Shown: in pieces, positions 12,570 to 24,680 of the stretch
Numbering within the stretch: the first letter of the stretch is position 1
How the letters are laid out: each line of letters begins with the position of its first letter
NCBI GenBank assembly: GCA_964016885.1
Contig: OZ024740.1
Coordinates: 150,040,001-150,104,000, forward strand
DNA length: 64,000 bases
Reading direction: 5' to 3'
DNA from: Eledone cirrhosa
Lineage: Eukaryota
Notes under the pieces: generated by a model
Databases searched by the model: none
What the model saw: only the letters and a program-made list of their open reading frames with translations
Told to the model about the DNA's origin: nothing
Translations under genes and position numbers: made by a program

Positions 12570-13800
12570 ACGCGTTCAGCTTCCAGTAACCGGGCCCTTA
12601 CCTAAGTCTAAGTCGACTTTACAGATGACAAATTTGTGGTCTGTGTAGTCGACTACTTTAAATTGTGGACAACCTTCACTAGCCTTTACTGTTTCCCTAC
12701 AGAATACCCTATCTAGATACGATCTGGATGACCCGATGCAGTTTACCCATGTCCACATCGGCACATTCGGATAATCCAATCGATACCTGTCAGACAGTTC
12801 AAAACGTCTGAGCAGGTTGGTGAGGCTTTTACACCCTCCTCCCCACATAATCCCAGCATGCAGAAGATACCGTTCTAGTCGCCCACTAACACTAAAGAGC
12901 GGGACGTTTCCAGAAAGGTCTCTAGACATCTGAAGAAATCTGGCCGTCCTGCCCCTGTTGGGGCGGAGACGACCACTAACCTGAAAGCATTACCTTCGCT
13001 GCCGGTCACGTCCAGCAATACCGACTTACCTTCTGGGTCATTGAAGATGGCCTGTATGGAGAGATACAAGCCTCTCCGAAAAAGCACATCAACTCCGCCA
13101 CCCGCTCCCGGACGGCTTGGAGATGCGTATACATCGTAGCCGCCGAAGATCGGTGCGAAGTCTCGTTCTTCGGAAATTCTGGTCTCGCTGATGGCCACCA
13201 CATCTATGTTCATTGACCTAAGGTCGTTGAGCAAGTGACCCTGCTTCCATGACGACCCCAGGCCACGTGTATTTATGCTGCCTATTCTGAGTAAGGTGAT
13301 GTTGGGTGAGGAATAGGATAGGTGAGAAAGGGTCACTTATCCTGTTTGCGTAGAGAAGGGGCGGTTGAATCTTCCCTTCGGCTGGTCGTGGGTGAGAATA
13401 TCAGTGCATATTCTTTTTGTTAGCGACCCTCTGAAATCCCCAACCACGTTGGGAAATTTACTTTTTAAAACTTTGTAGTATTCTACATCTAGTTCAATTA
13501 CTTGGCAGTTGGGGGGTATACTTGAAGGTATTGGTAATGTGTAGTAGTTGCTGTCTGCAATGCTTGTGTGTAATTGTATGTGTTTTATTAAATCTTTATT
13601 GTCTGTGTTTATGGCAGTGTATTTTTTAGTGAGGAGGCGTTTTGTTTTGTTGTTGTTTTTTGTTGTTGTGGCTGGGTGTGTGTGCTTTGTTGTGTTTGCG
13701 ATGTTGATGTTAGTGGTGTTGTTGTTGTTGGTGGTGGTGTTAGTGGTGTTTGTGATGGTGGTAGTGATGGTCATGTTGCTGCAAGTCGCTTTGTAGCTTT
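12570..13800 (-). mobile_element. Tx1-like (L1 clade) LINE fragment: ORF1 tail plus AP-endonuclease domain
   Basis: SINTRGL, VAISETRI, LVLVGD*N, SYLDRVF, YTDHKFV and YWKLN endonuclease motifs; Thr/Asn-rich ORF1 tail. Confidence 0.85.
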
Positions 13801-14012
13801 CGCTTTTGGGGGTGCTTTCCTCTCTTTTCGTGATACTTGAACTTCTCCAGCTGCTTCAGTGAAACTCCATTCACATTTATATAAATTTGAGCGACTTCTG
13901 TCCACCCGTCCATCACACAATGTGTATGTGTGTTTGTGTGAATATATGTGTGTGTAAAAGTAAGGAAAGGGATACACATATATGTCTCTAACTTAAAAAC
14001 AATGACACACAC

Positions 14013-14072
<60 letters not shown>

Positions 14073-14159
14073 CACACATATATATGACACGCACACACGT
14101 CTCTAATTTAAGAATGCCGACAAACACACGCGCGCGCTCACATACACACACTGTCCTAT

Positions 14160-14395
14160 TACCACTTAAGGACTTTGGCCCGAGCAAACATCCCCTCAAT
14201 TTTGGAACCGTCTGGGTTGTCCAGAATTGATGGGAAAAGACCTGACGGTCTTACCCTGCACCCTTGGTCAACAGGCAGATGCCTTATCTTGGAAGTAACA
14301 GTTAGTGACTCTTTTGCGTCTTTCCTTATCCTGCATACAGCGATAAGGGTGAGAGCAGCCGAATGGAACAAATCCTAAAATACGCGTCAGCGTGT
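14160..14395 (+). mobile_element. CRE-like LINE endonuclease fragment
   Basis: ALARANIPSILEPSGLSRIDGKRPDGLTLHPWSTGRCLILEVTVSD. Confidence 0.75.
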
Positions 14396-14761
14396 TGAAA
14401 AAATCCTAATCTCTTCATCTTTCTCATTCACTCTCTCTTTCTCTCTCTCTCTCCCTCTAGCTATATATATATATCTTTTACATAGTCACTCTAAGTGTCT
14501 GTATCTCCCTCTTCACATACTCTCTCATTCTTTCTCGCTCTGTCTATATATATACATGTTAGTTGAAGGTGGTGATGGCAATATACCGGAAGCTGAAATT
14601 TGAAACTTTAAAGAATAGTGAATCTTTAAATAAGCAATACATTAAATTATTTATGTTTAATCATGTGCTACAATATTTAGTAGATAAATTATATAATATT
14701 CATTAATTATTTATGTTTAATTATGTGCTACAATATTTAGTAGATAAATTATATAATATTC

Positions 14762-16168
14762 TGGGAGGGTCATGTTGCCAATAAGAAACACACGCACCAG
14801 TTGCTTTCACTTCAATTTATTATATATTTATAAATTTACAAATTTATAAATTCATAAATTTCTGGTTGGTTGGTTGGTTCCACAACCAGATAGTTGTTTA
14901 TATATAGTCATAGTTCTTTCGTCACACACTCTGTGACCTCTTCAGTGACTGGGGATTCCTTTCTTTGTTTCTGTGCCTCTCCTTTGTTCTGTCCTACGCC
15001 ATTTTGTTTCTGTGTGTGTGTTGTGTGCTCAGTCTGCGCATGCGCCACATCCGGGTGTCTGTGTGTGTTTATGTTCATTTATCTATTTGTTTATTTACAT
15101 GTTACTGGTTGGTTGTTTGTTCTATGTGTGTGTGTGTGTGTTTTCATTTTGTCCTTAATTGTAAGTTGTGATGTTGCTGTTCCACTCATATTTTCTATTT
15201 AATTTTGGTTGTAATTCTTTTATGTTTATTGCCTCTGTAATTTGTCTAAACATTGCGTCTTTTCTGTGTGTAGATTCTATTTTTATTTCTATGTTCTCTA
15301 ATTTACCCTTGTGTTCTATCTTAGCATGTTGGTAGAGTACAGATGATTCTTTATTATCTTGAAGGTCTCGCCAGTGTTCATTTATCCGTTCCCCTACAAT
15401 ACGAGCTGTCTCACCTATGTACACTATATTTTTGTCTCTACATTGTCCTTCGGTACATCTTATGCTATACACTACATTTCTAGTTTTACAGTTAATATGG
15501 GGGCTTATTTTACAGGTTATACATTTCTTATCTATACATGAGGGTCTTTGAAAAGGGTATGTCTTGCTAATAAGTGTTTTTACGGAGGTACCTGGTCTTT
15601 CTACTATCTTAATATTGAGTTTATGTTTATTTAGGGCCCTTCTAAATTTGTAAGCTAGTTCACCTCTAGGGGTTGTATCGATGAACATTACACTCTGGTA
15701 TTTGTTGCTATCATACCATGAGTTTATTCTATTAGCCTTGTTCCTAGTTCTTTCTATTCTATTCCAAAATAAAATTAGAGAACATAGAAATAAAAATAGA
15801 ATCTACACACAGAAAAGACGCAATGTTTAGACAAATTACAGACCCCCTCAGCAGAATCGGCGTGAGTAACCGATCCCTGGACCTAACAAACTGCATAATA
15901 GGCAGTATGGATGTTGTGTCCCTGTATCCATCTATTGACGTGGATTTTGCTGTGGAGAACTGCGTAGAAATGATCAGTGAGAGCAAGGTTGAGTTCCGTG
16001 GGATTGATACCAGTGAGCTGGGACTCCTACTTAAGCTTACCTATAGTAATAGTTACCTAGACACATATGACCTTAGCAACCTGTGCCCTACAAGACCAGC
16101 AAGAGGCAGACCACCTACCATTACCTCAATGGCTAAGAAAACCCACACAGATAGATGGAACGGGTGGA
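14762..16168 (-). mobile_element. Rearranged Penelope-like element: pLTR plus GIY-YIG endonuclease (minus) joined to an RT fragment (plus)
   Basis: ORF 15155-15688(-) has NVVYSIRC..C..YIGETAR..ERINEH and RQITEAINI..LQPKLN. ORF 15823(+) has GSMDVVSLYPSID. Confidence 0.85.
14906..14950 (-). ncRNA. Minimal type I hammerhead ribozyme in the Penelope pLTR
   Basis: Minus strand AGTCA-CTGAAGA-G-GTCAC-agagtgt-GTGAC-GAAA-GAAC-TA-TGACT: stems I and II pair perfectly and both core boxes are intact. Confidence 0.7.
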
Positions 16169-16230
16169 CAATATACCGGAAGCTGAAATTTGAAACTTTA
16201 AAGAATAGTGAATCTTTAAATAAGCAATAC

Positions 16231-16543
16231 ATTAAATTATTTATGTTTAATCATGTGCTACAATATTTAGTAGATAAATTATATAATATTCATTAATTAT
16301 TTATGTTTAATCATGTGCTACAATATTTAGTAGATAAATTATATAATATTCATTAATTATTTATGTTTAATCATGTGTTACAATATTTAGTAGATAAATT
16401 ATATAATATTCATTAATTATTTATGTTTAATCATGTGCTACAATATTTAGTAGATAAATTATATAATATTCATTAATTATTTATGTTTAATCATATGCTA
16501 CAATATTTAGTAGATAAATTATGTAATATTCATTAATTATTTA
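16231..16543. repeat. 60-bp AT-rich minisatellite (about 5 copies; 2 more copies at 14641-14760)
   Basis: Unit CATTAATTATTTATGTTTAATCATGTGCTACAATATTTAGTAGATAAATTATATAATATT. Confidence 0.92.
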
Positions 16544-16827
16544 TTCAAAGTAAAACAACTTATTTTACTAACGAGATTTAAAAAAAAAAACGTACACTGT
16601 CCCGCACTCCTCCCTTTATTATATTATAGATTGAAAAATACAATATTTAGGCCGAAGGCTCCAATATTATGGGGACACCTTCCTTGAGGGTCAAGTTTGG
16701 CACCCCATAAAATGTCTGAGAGAAAAAAAATTGGTAAAAAAGCCGATAGAAACAGATGAAAATAACAAAACTTACAGAAAGTCGAGACGAACATGTCGGA
16801 AGCACATGGTGACAATAATAATAATCG

Positions 16828-17425
16828 TAGCCCAGACTCACTATAAGGGCTGGAGACATAATGTGATAGGCAGGGTGATCCACTGGCATCTATGCAAAGT
16901 AAACAATTTACCACATTCTGAGAAGTGGTATGAGCATAAGCCAGAGTCGGTGATAGAAAACAATCAGGTTATGGTGCTATGGGATTTTAGGATACAGACG
17001 GACAAGAAATTAGAACACAAGAGACCTGACCTGGTGGTTTTGGACAAGGAGAAAAGATCGTGCCTGGATGTAAATGTAGCCTGCCCATTTGACACGAGAG
17101 TGCAAGAAAGGAGATGGAGAAAATTAACCGATACCAGGATTTAGAGTGGGAGTTAAAAAGGATTTGGAATTGCCATGAAATCAAGGTCATCCCGATTGTC
17201 ATAGGCGCACCAGGTCCTGTCTCAAAGAGTTTCCAAGGATGGTTAAAGAAGATTAGTCCAGATCCGCTTTTTGGAAGACTTCAAAAGGCATGCTTGCTAG
17301 GAACAGCAAGAACCCTCCTATACGTCCTGAATATCTGAGGCTGCAGGTAGTGGCTTGACATTCATTTCAACAAACTTTCCAGTTAAATAACATCAATGAC
17401 TGAGACTCAAAGAACAATAATAATT
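16828..17425 (+). mobile_element. 3' end of an R4/Dong-like LINE with (AAT)n tail
   Basis: RHNVIGRVIHWHLC, LWDFRIQTD, RPDLVV, EKINRYQDL, VIPIVIGA and LQKACLLGTA. Confidence 0.85.
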
Positions 17426-17437
17426 ATTATTATTATT

Positions 17438-20400
17438 TCATTTATTGGCCACACGGGTCGACATATAGGGGACAATACAACAGACAGGGAGAGTGGGGGT
17501 TTACATATAAAACATATAGGGGACAATACAACAGACAGGGAGAGTGGGGGTTTACATATAAAACATATAGGGGACAATACAACAGACAGGGAGAGTGGGG
17601 TTTACATATAAAACATATAGGGGACAATACAACAGACAGGGAGGGGGGGGGGTTTACATATAAAACATATAGGGGACAATACAACAGACAGGGAGAGTGG
17701 GGGGGTTTACATATAAAACATATAGGGGACAATACAACAGACAGGGAGAGTGGGGGGGTTTACATATAAAACGTGCAAAAAATATAAATAACAATACCAA
17801 AATAACAAGAAAAGTACAACAATGAAAATTCCCCAACACGGGGGATAACCACTGTGGGTTGACTTAGGTTACCCACCAGCTGTTCGACACAACTCCATAA
17901 GAGTGCAGTAATGCACGAACACTGGACGAGTGCATGCAGAACGGTTTCGTCGTTCTGCGAGCTTTTCGGGCAGGCCCGTCAGACAGCACTTCCGTGTCTG
18001 TAGAGTGTATCTCGAACCGGCAGTGCGCCCCGGTAGCACTGCCAAGCAAGGAATTTCTGGAAGTTATCCGTCGTCCCTGGCTCGAAAGTCATCCGGAACA
18101 GACTGGTCAGTTCGACTTCGTCAACGCCCAGGGCCTCTCCGAGTGCGTTGTCTTACTTGCCCACCACTAATCCTTTATAGAACTCGAGAGTGGAAGTTCC
18201 ACTGACTGCATTGCCCGCCTGGCAACAGTCCAGATGCCAGTCACCCAGTCTCGGTCTCTTCTTGACCCAGGACTGCAACTCAGTCAATGAAACAAACGGC
18301 GAACACACCTGTTGCAGTTGTAGTAGAGCGCTTGGAGGAGATCGGAGAACAAGTCTGGCATATTTACGTAAAGCTCGTAGGGCAGACCATCCAAACTGGG
18401 TAACTTGCGCCTCGTGCAACCAAAGGCATCCTGAATTTCGGCTGAAGTTATCGGCCTTTCGCAGCGCTCAGCCTCGGTCGTCAAGAGACGCGGCAAGCCA
18501 TCGAGGTAGGGACTGAAGTCCGCTACCGTCTCTGACCCGCCACTTCAACTGAACAACCAAGCAAAGTGCTTAGCTCTAACAATGCTACCTTCGTGTTTCG
18601 CATTGAAGAAATGGTCCAATGTCATTCTCGCCGCTACCACGTCATTTACAATGCCACTACAAATAGCTTCGTCTAACCTAGCTACCAGCTCCCCCTCTTT
18701 TCTATTTTTCTCTAACGCTACTTCTTTGCTAAACTCTATCGATATTACTCTAATCTCTCTTTTGAGAGCCCCCACCACCTGTTGATGATGAAACCCCCCC
18801 CCCCCCTCGGTCAACTTTTGCTTAACTAAATTGTTGACCCGGCCCCTTGTAAGCCTTACGTGCCGGAAACGACATATTCAGCTTCCAGTAATCAGGTCTT
18901 AACTTACGCGTCTTATCTAAGTCGACCGTTTTAAAACGTGTGCAGCCTACACTATTTCTATCTATTTTCCTAATGAAAATCCTGTCTATATACGATCTAG
19001 AATCTAGATGACCCTATGCAGTTGGTCCAACTCCACACTAGGGAAATCTAGTCGGTACCTGTCAGTACAGTTGGAACTGATTGATCAGGTAGTTGAGGAT
19101 TTGCACACACACGCACACACACACACACACGCGCGCGCGCCCACACGCACACACCGCTCCTACCAGCTACTCCCACACAATCCCAGCGTGCATCTAAGAT
19201 GACGGTCCAGTCCCTCGCTAACAGTAAAGGACGGGACATGTCTAGAAAGGCTTCCAGGCGTCTAAAGAAGCCCGGCCCAGGTAGCGGTGTAGACGGCCAC
19301 CAGTCTAAAGACACCACCTTCGCTATTGTTCATGTTCAGGACCATTAACTTACCGTCCGGATCCCGGAAGATCGACCTCGAGTCCAGGCCTTTCCTAAAC
19401 AGCACTGCCACCCCACTTCCAATTCCCGGCTGACTAACAGATGCAAAGATCTAATAGTCGTTGAAAATGGAAGCTAGTGCGCACGTATCGGAAATGCTGG
19501 TCTCGCTGACGATAATTACATCCATATCTAGAGACCTGAGGTCGTTGAGCAGGCGACCCTGCTCCAGTGTGACCCCAGGCCACGAACATTTAAACTACCT
19601 ACTCTTACTCTGGCCATGTTGGCAGGCTAAAAGAGAGAGGAAAGGTTACTTAACTCCCGGAGTCTTGTGGAGGTCGGGTGGTTCTACCTCCATAATTGAT
19701 GGGGTTTCTTTGGAGAACCCCTTTAAAAGTCCTGATGTGGGTTTCACGTTCAGGGTTCCCACGTCCCGAGGAAAGCTCTCTCTAATTCCTTTATAGGAAT
19801 CGAACGACATTCGTACCAGAAACAAATCTTCTGGTACGCAAAATGTGCTCGATTCAAAAATTTCCCCCTCTGAATTTCTTTACTTCGTGCTATGAGGGCC
19901 ATCAATTCATTGTTGGCCCTTCTGAGAAGGAAGAAGTTTTGTATGCTTTGTTGGTGCGGTTTTAATTGTTTGCGTGACTATGGTGGCGATGGTTTTGTTG
20001 GTGTTGTTTCGGTTGTGTCTGTTTGTTGTGGGTGCGGTGTCTGCAGTTTCAGATGTCTGTATGTGTAATTGTTCTTGTGTCTGTTTAGGTTGTTTGCGTG
20101 TGGGATTCTGGTGATGGTGTTGCTGTTGTTGGGGAAATGTTTGCGTGGGTGGTGACTGCATTTTTTAATGTGGGTGTTTTTATGCTTTGTGGAACTTTTT
20201 TCTTTGTTTTCTTTTTTCGTTTTTTTGTGGGGAGGGGGGTTCCCTCATCTTCACTACAGGAAGATGGGGGGGAGTCTGTGGCTGTAAGTGTGTCTGTGTC
20301 TCTGTGCGTGTATTTTGGGGCGGAGGGAAATGAGAGAGCTTTACCAATGTAAAGGTGGCGTTTCTATTAGTTTTGTTGCTGGTGGTTTTGCCTGTGCTGA

Positions 20401-21238
20401 TGTTGGCGGTTGTCCTCGCCCCGGCGTCGGCAACAGTGGAGACCTTCAACCCCTAGCACCTTTCAGCAGCTGAGGGCAGCAGGTTCGCAAATGGTTTGTT
20501 TCTCCGCAAACGAAACAATGCGGCCTTTTGCCCTCGGTCATTATATGTAAAGCGGTCCCGTTCTGAAGACGGATGTGGTCCGGGATTCTTTTTACATCCT
20601 CGGGCCTGATCTGGAGAAGTATCTCCCGTTCAACCCCCGAACCAGTCCTCCCTGGCAGTCCTTGTAACCTCTATTGGGACGGTATCCGTTGTTGTCATTG
20701 TTCTTGTTGGTGTTGTTGCTGCTGTCGCTGTTGTAGTTGGTTATATTTTTGGTGCCGCTGTTGTTTTCGGTGCAGTGGGTTTTGTCGCTGTTCATGTTCT
20801 TGTTGGTGGTGTTAATTTCGTTGTTTTTGTTGTCATTGTTTCCGTTGTCTGTCTTTTGGTTGCCGCTGTTACTTTTGTGGTTGGTGTCATTTTCTTTTTA
20901 GGTTAGCATTTAACTATTGCTGTTGTTGCTCATGCTGTTTGTGGTGGTGTGCTAAATGTGTTTGTGGTATAAATTTTTGTGTTCGCCGTATCCTTCCTCT
21001 CAACGTTTAAGCCGCTGTCACACTACAGCAGACTTACAGTTGGGGGGACGTGGCTCGACCATGTTTTTTTTTCTCGATGATTTTTTTTTTCTCAAAGTTC
21101 AAATATTTGGGCCAAAAGGCTCAAATATTATAGCGTCTCCCTTTTGCAATAAATATAGCAACTAATATAATTTTTAAAATCTTGTAATTCACTACCTTGT
21201 GGAGCTCACAAAAAACACGTTTTCACTGCCTGACAGCC
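17438..21238 (-). mobile_element. Internally deleted Tx1-like LINE retaining both ends
   Basis: 5' UTR and ORF1 start near 21062; CFVCGETNH zinc knuckle near 20500; endonuclease remnant about 18880-19620; RT/C-terminal remnants 17860-18800; AATAAA at the 3' end. Confidence 0.8.
17461..17771. repeat. About 51-bp minisatellite, 6 copies, inside the LINE 3' UTR
   Basis: Unit ACATATAGGGGACAATACAACAGACAGGGAGAGTGGGGGTTTACATATAAA with a variable G run. Confidence 0.92.
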
Positions 21239-21272
<34 letters not shown>

Positions 21273-21273
<1 letters not shown>

Positions 21274-23822
21274 TTTCTTTATTAACCACAAGGGTTTACA
21301 TAAAGTAGACATTAAGGACAGTGCAGGACAATGCAGGACGGTACAAATGGGCATTTCTGCGTGTAAAAAACAAAAACAGAGGATGTAACAAAAAATAACA
21401 ATGAAAAATTCCCCAATAGGGGGGAGACTTCGGAGGGACATTTGTGGAGAAAGCCCAGTAAAAAGCCACAATGACCCTAACCACCAAGGCAAGTGCCCTC
21501 TCCCAGTTTTCCACCTTTAATTTACAGATATATGCTCAGAGTAGGCCCATTCACTCGGGCCATTCTTGCTTCTCTCACCCATCTTTCAACAAAATGCTGG
21601 GAAGAGAGCACTTCCCTCTCTACTCTGATTTTCCTTTTCAAATGAAATTTGAAAAAGTCAATCAGAGCATCACCGAAGAGGTAAGTGCTCGTCTTCAGCC
21701 CTTTCAAACGTGTCCACCATACTATCTCTTTCGCCATGGCCACCAGGCAGATAAAAACTGCCTGCCCTTCCCGGCTAAAGGAGGAGGGCGGGGCAATCCT
21801 CACGATGGACTCAGATGATAGCCGGATCCGTCCTAAACGCGACAGCAGGTGTTCGACATAAACCCACAAGTCAGCAATTTTCGGACACTGGACGAGTGCG
21901 TGCAGGACGGTTTCGTCGCCCTGCGCGCATCTCGGACATGCCCGGCTGACGGCACCTCCATGCCTGTAGAGTTTATCCCGAACTGGCAAGGCTCCTCGGT
22001 AGCACTGCCAGGCCAGAGATTTCTGGAAGTTGTCCATAGGCCCTGGCCCGAAAGTTCTTCCGAAGAGATTGGCTAGTTGATTTTCGTCGACGCCTAGAGT
22101 TTCCCCAAGTACGTCGTCGCTCTTCCCCTCCACTAATCCTCTATAGAACGCCGAGGTGGAGTTTCCACCGATCACATTGCCCGATTGGTCGAGGGCTGTG
22201 AGCGCCTGAAGACATTCCAGTCTCCAGGCGCTCCCTCTCGGTCTTCGCTTGACCCAGGACTGCAGCTCCGTCAAGGAAACGAGCTGGGGAAACACGCGTC
22301 TAGCAAACGGCGACTACACCTGATCACCGTCGAGGAAGAGGTGGAGATATCGTAGCCTGAGCGCGTGCCTGCGCATCATCAGCCACGGCATGCCCAGCCC
22401 TCCACGTAGCGGGTGTTGACAACAGATGGACCACCTGACCATCGGAGCGCGTCCCTTCCACAAAAAGCGAAAGAGCAAACGCTCCAGCGCAGTCAGGCGA
22501 GGCTGAGGACAAGGTACGACGGTCAGGCGGTAGCAGATGACGGACGCGATGTACGCGTTAGCCACCTCCGCTCGACCTTTCAGCGATAGCTTCCTCTCGG
22601 CCCATTTCTGGGTGAGAGAAGCCACCCTGCTCGTCACCTCGTCCCAGTTTTTGTCCGTCTGGAGCTCCGGACCGAACCAGACCCCTAGCAATTTAACCGG
22701 TCCGTCCGTCCAGCGTCCGACGACGCTGTTGGACGGCATGGACCTGCCTCTCCAGGTGCCGAGCTGCAGGCCCACTGACTTTTCCTGGTTGATCATTGCT
22801 CCTGTCACCGCTTCGTATTCTCTTAGTGTAGTGCCGATCGCCTCGATGTGTTTGGCGTTCGACACCACTACGGTGACATCGTCCGCATATGCTGATACGG
22901 ATCTTCCGCATCCTAGTTCGCGCGGGACTCCCCTCAACGTCTCCAGTTTGTGCAGTAATGGCTCGAGAGTCAATACGTACAAGAGGGACGAGAGGGGACA
23001 TCCTTGGCGGACCGAGCGCATGATGTTGAACGGTTCCGACAGGTGACCGTTCACTCTCACCACAGAGCAGATGTCGCTGTGCATGGCAGCGATCCAGCCT
23101 CTGAAGACGGGCCCAAAGCCAGCCGCCCTCAGGACTGCCGCTAGGTAACGATGGTCGACCCTATCGAAAGCTTTCGACTGATCTAAATTGATCAAGGACC
23201 CACCCGTGCCAGGTTCCCTAGCTACCCTCTCTACGATGTATCGCATGAGGTGGAGGTTGTCGTGGATGGATCTGTCGGGAATGGCGCATGTCTGCGCCTC
23301 TCCCACCAGACCACCAACGACAAGCGCCAACCTCTTTGCTAGCACCTTGGCCAAAATCTTAAACTCTGTGTTTAGCAGAGTTATGGGCCGGAAATTTTCT
23401 ATGTTATCTCCCTTGTTCGGATCCTTTCTCAGCAGTGCCACTGCTCCTCGGCTCACAGAACTGGGAATTCTCCCGTTCTGTTGCCAGTTGCAGTAGACGT
23501 CCGCCAAGAGGCCTCCGAACAAGTCTGGCATCTGTACGTAAAGTTCATAGGGCAGACCATCCAAACCAGGCGATTTACCCCTTGTGCAGCCAGTCATTGC
23601 CTCCCTTACTTCAGCGGCTGTTATCGGCTTTTCGCAACACTTCGCCTCAGTGGCCGAGAGCCGCGGCAGTCCGTCGAGGTAGACACTAAAGTCCATCCCT
23701 CTACCCGGCCCACCGCTGCCCCCGAACAGCTGAGCGAAGTGTCGCTGAAAAGCTTCACACATTTGCCCGGGATCGAGTAGCATGCGCCCGTCGTGGTCCA
23801 CCAAAGACCGGATCGTGGCGAA
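21273..23822 (-). mobile_element. Young 5'-truncated Tx1-like LINE; ORF2 RT and C-terminal CCHC region with one in-frame stop at 22314-22316
   Basis: KSPGLDGLP, FRPITLLN, LDQSKAFDRVDH, VRQGCPLS, AYADD, GGLG and CPRC..ETVLHALVQC; ORFs 22314-23804 and 21522-22295 share a frame. Confidence 0.93.
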
Positions 23823-24010
23823 GCGAAACGAAACGAAACGAAACGAAATTTTATTTTATTTTATTTTATTTTATTTTATTTTATTTTATTTTATTTTATT
23901 TTATTTTATTTTTATTTTTATTTTTATTTTTATTTTTATTTTTATTTTTATTTTTATTTTTATTTTTATTTTTATTTTTATTTTTATTTTTATTTTTATT
24001 TTTATTTTTA

Positions 24011-24041
<31 letters not shown>

Positions 24042-24052
24042 ATTTTTTATTT
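23823..24052. repeat. Compound microsatellite (CGAAA)n-(TTTTA)n-(TTTTTA)n
   Basis: Visible arrays at the LINE truncation point. Confidence 0.9.
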
Positions 24053-24339
24053 CATAGCCAAAAGGCCTTTAATACGTCAGGGTGCAATCAAACTACGTTG
24101 CATTATTCAATATTCTTTTTATAGTCGTGCCTGATGTAATGAATGACGTATGGGGGTATAAACAGAAACAAATGTTTGATTAAAATCACAAAAACGCATT
24201 TCTTGCATTTCTAGAACACATGTATTCTATTTGATTTAGTTTTTTTTATTATTCTTTATTGTGTCTATTATTAGTAGGTGATGGTTTACTAAGCCTTAGA
24301 TATATTTAAGCTGCTCCGTTCCTTTTGAAAATGCTTGCA

Positions 24340-24680
24340 CGGGGTGGTCCGAAAGTCTTGTCACCCCTTGTCATATATTGTTTTAACTTTCAGTATTTTT
24401 TTGTTTTAATAATATAATATATAATATCATTAATTATAATATATAATTATTATAATATAATTTGCTATTTCAGAGCTCCTACAGTTTGGAAGTGAGGCTG
24501 CTTGCAAGTGGATGGACACATGATCGTGTACATTCTGGCAAGAGCATGGACGATGTGTGACATGACTTCACTACAAGATTCGGCAAATCAGCTCCTCCGA
24601 AGAGGACGATACTGCGATGGGAACATAAACTGTTTCTCATTATTTTTGGTAGGGGGTGACAAGACTTTTGGACCACCCTG
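24340..24680. mobile_element. Tc1/mariner-type MITE or deletion derivative
   Basis: About 28-bp TIRs C(G/A)GGGTGGTCC(G/A)AAAGTCTTGTCACCCC; TA on the right flank, CA on the left. Confidence 0.75.

Noticed and set aside
17461-17771. Regular repeats resembling a CRISPR array
   Set aside because: Units are head-to-tail with no unique spacers, there are no cas genes, and the context is a eukaryotic LINE 3' UTR.
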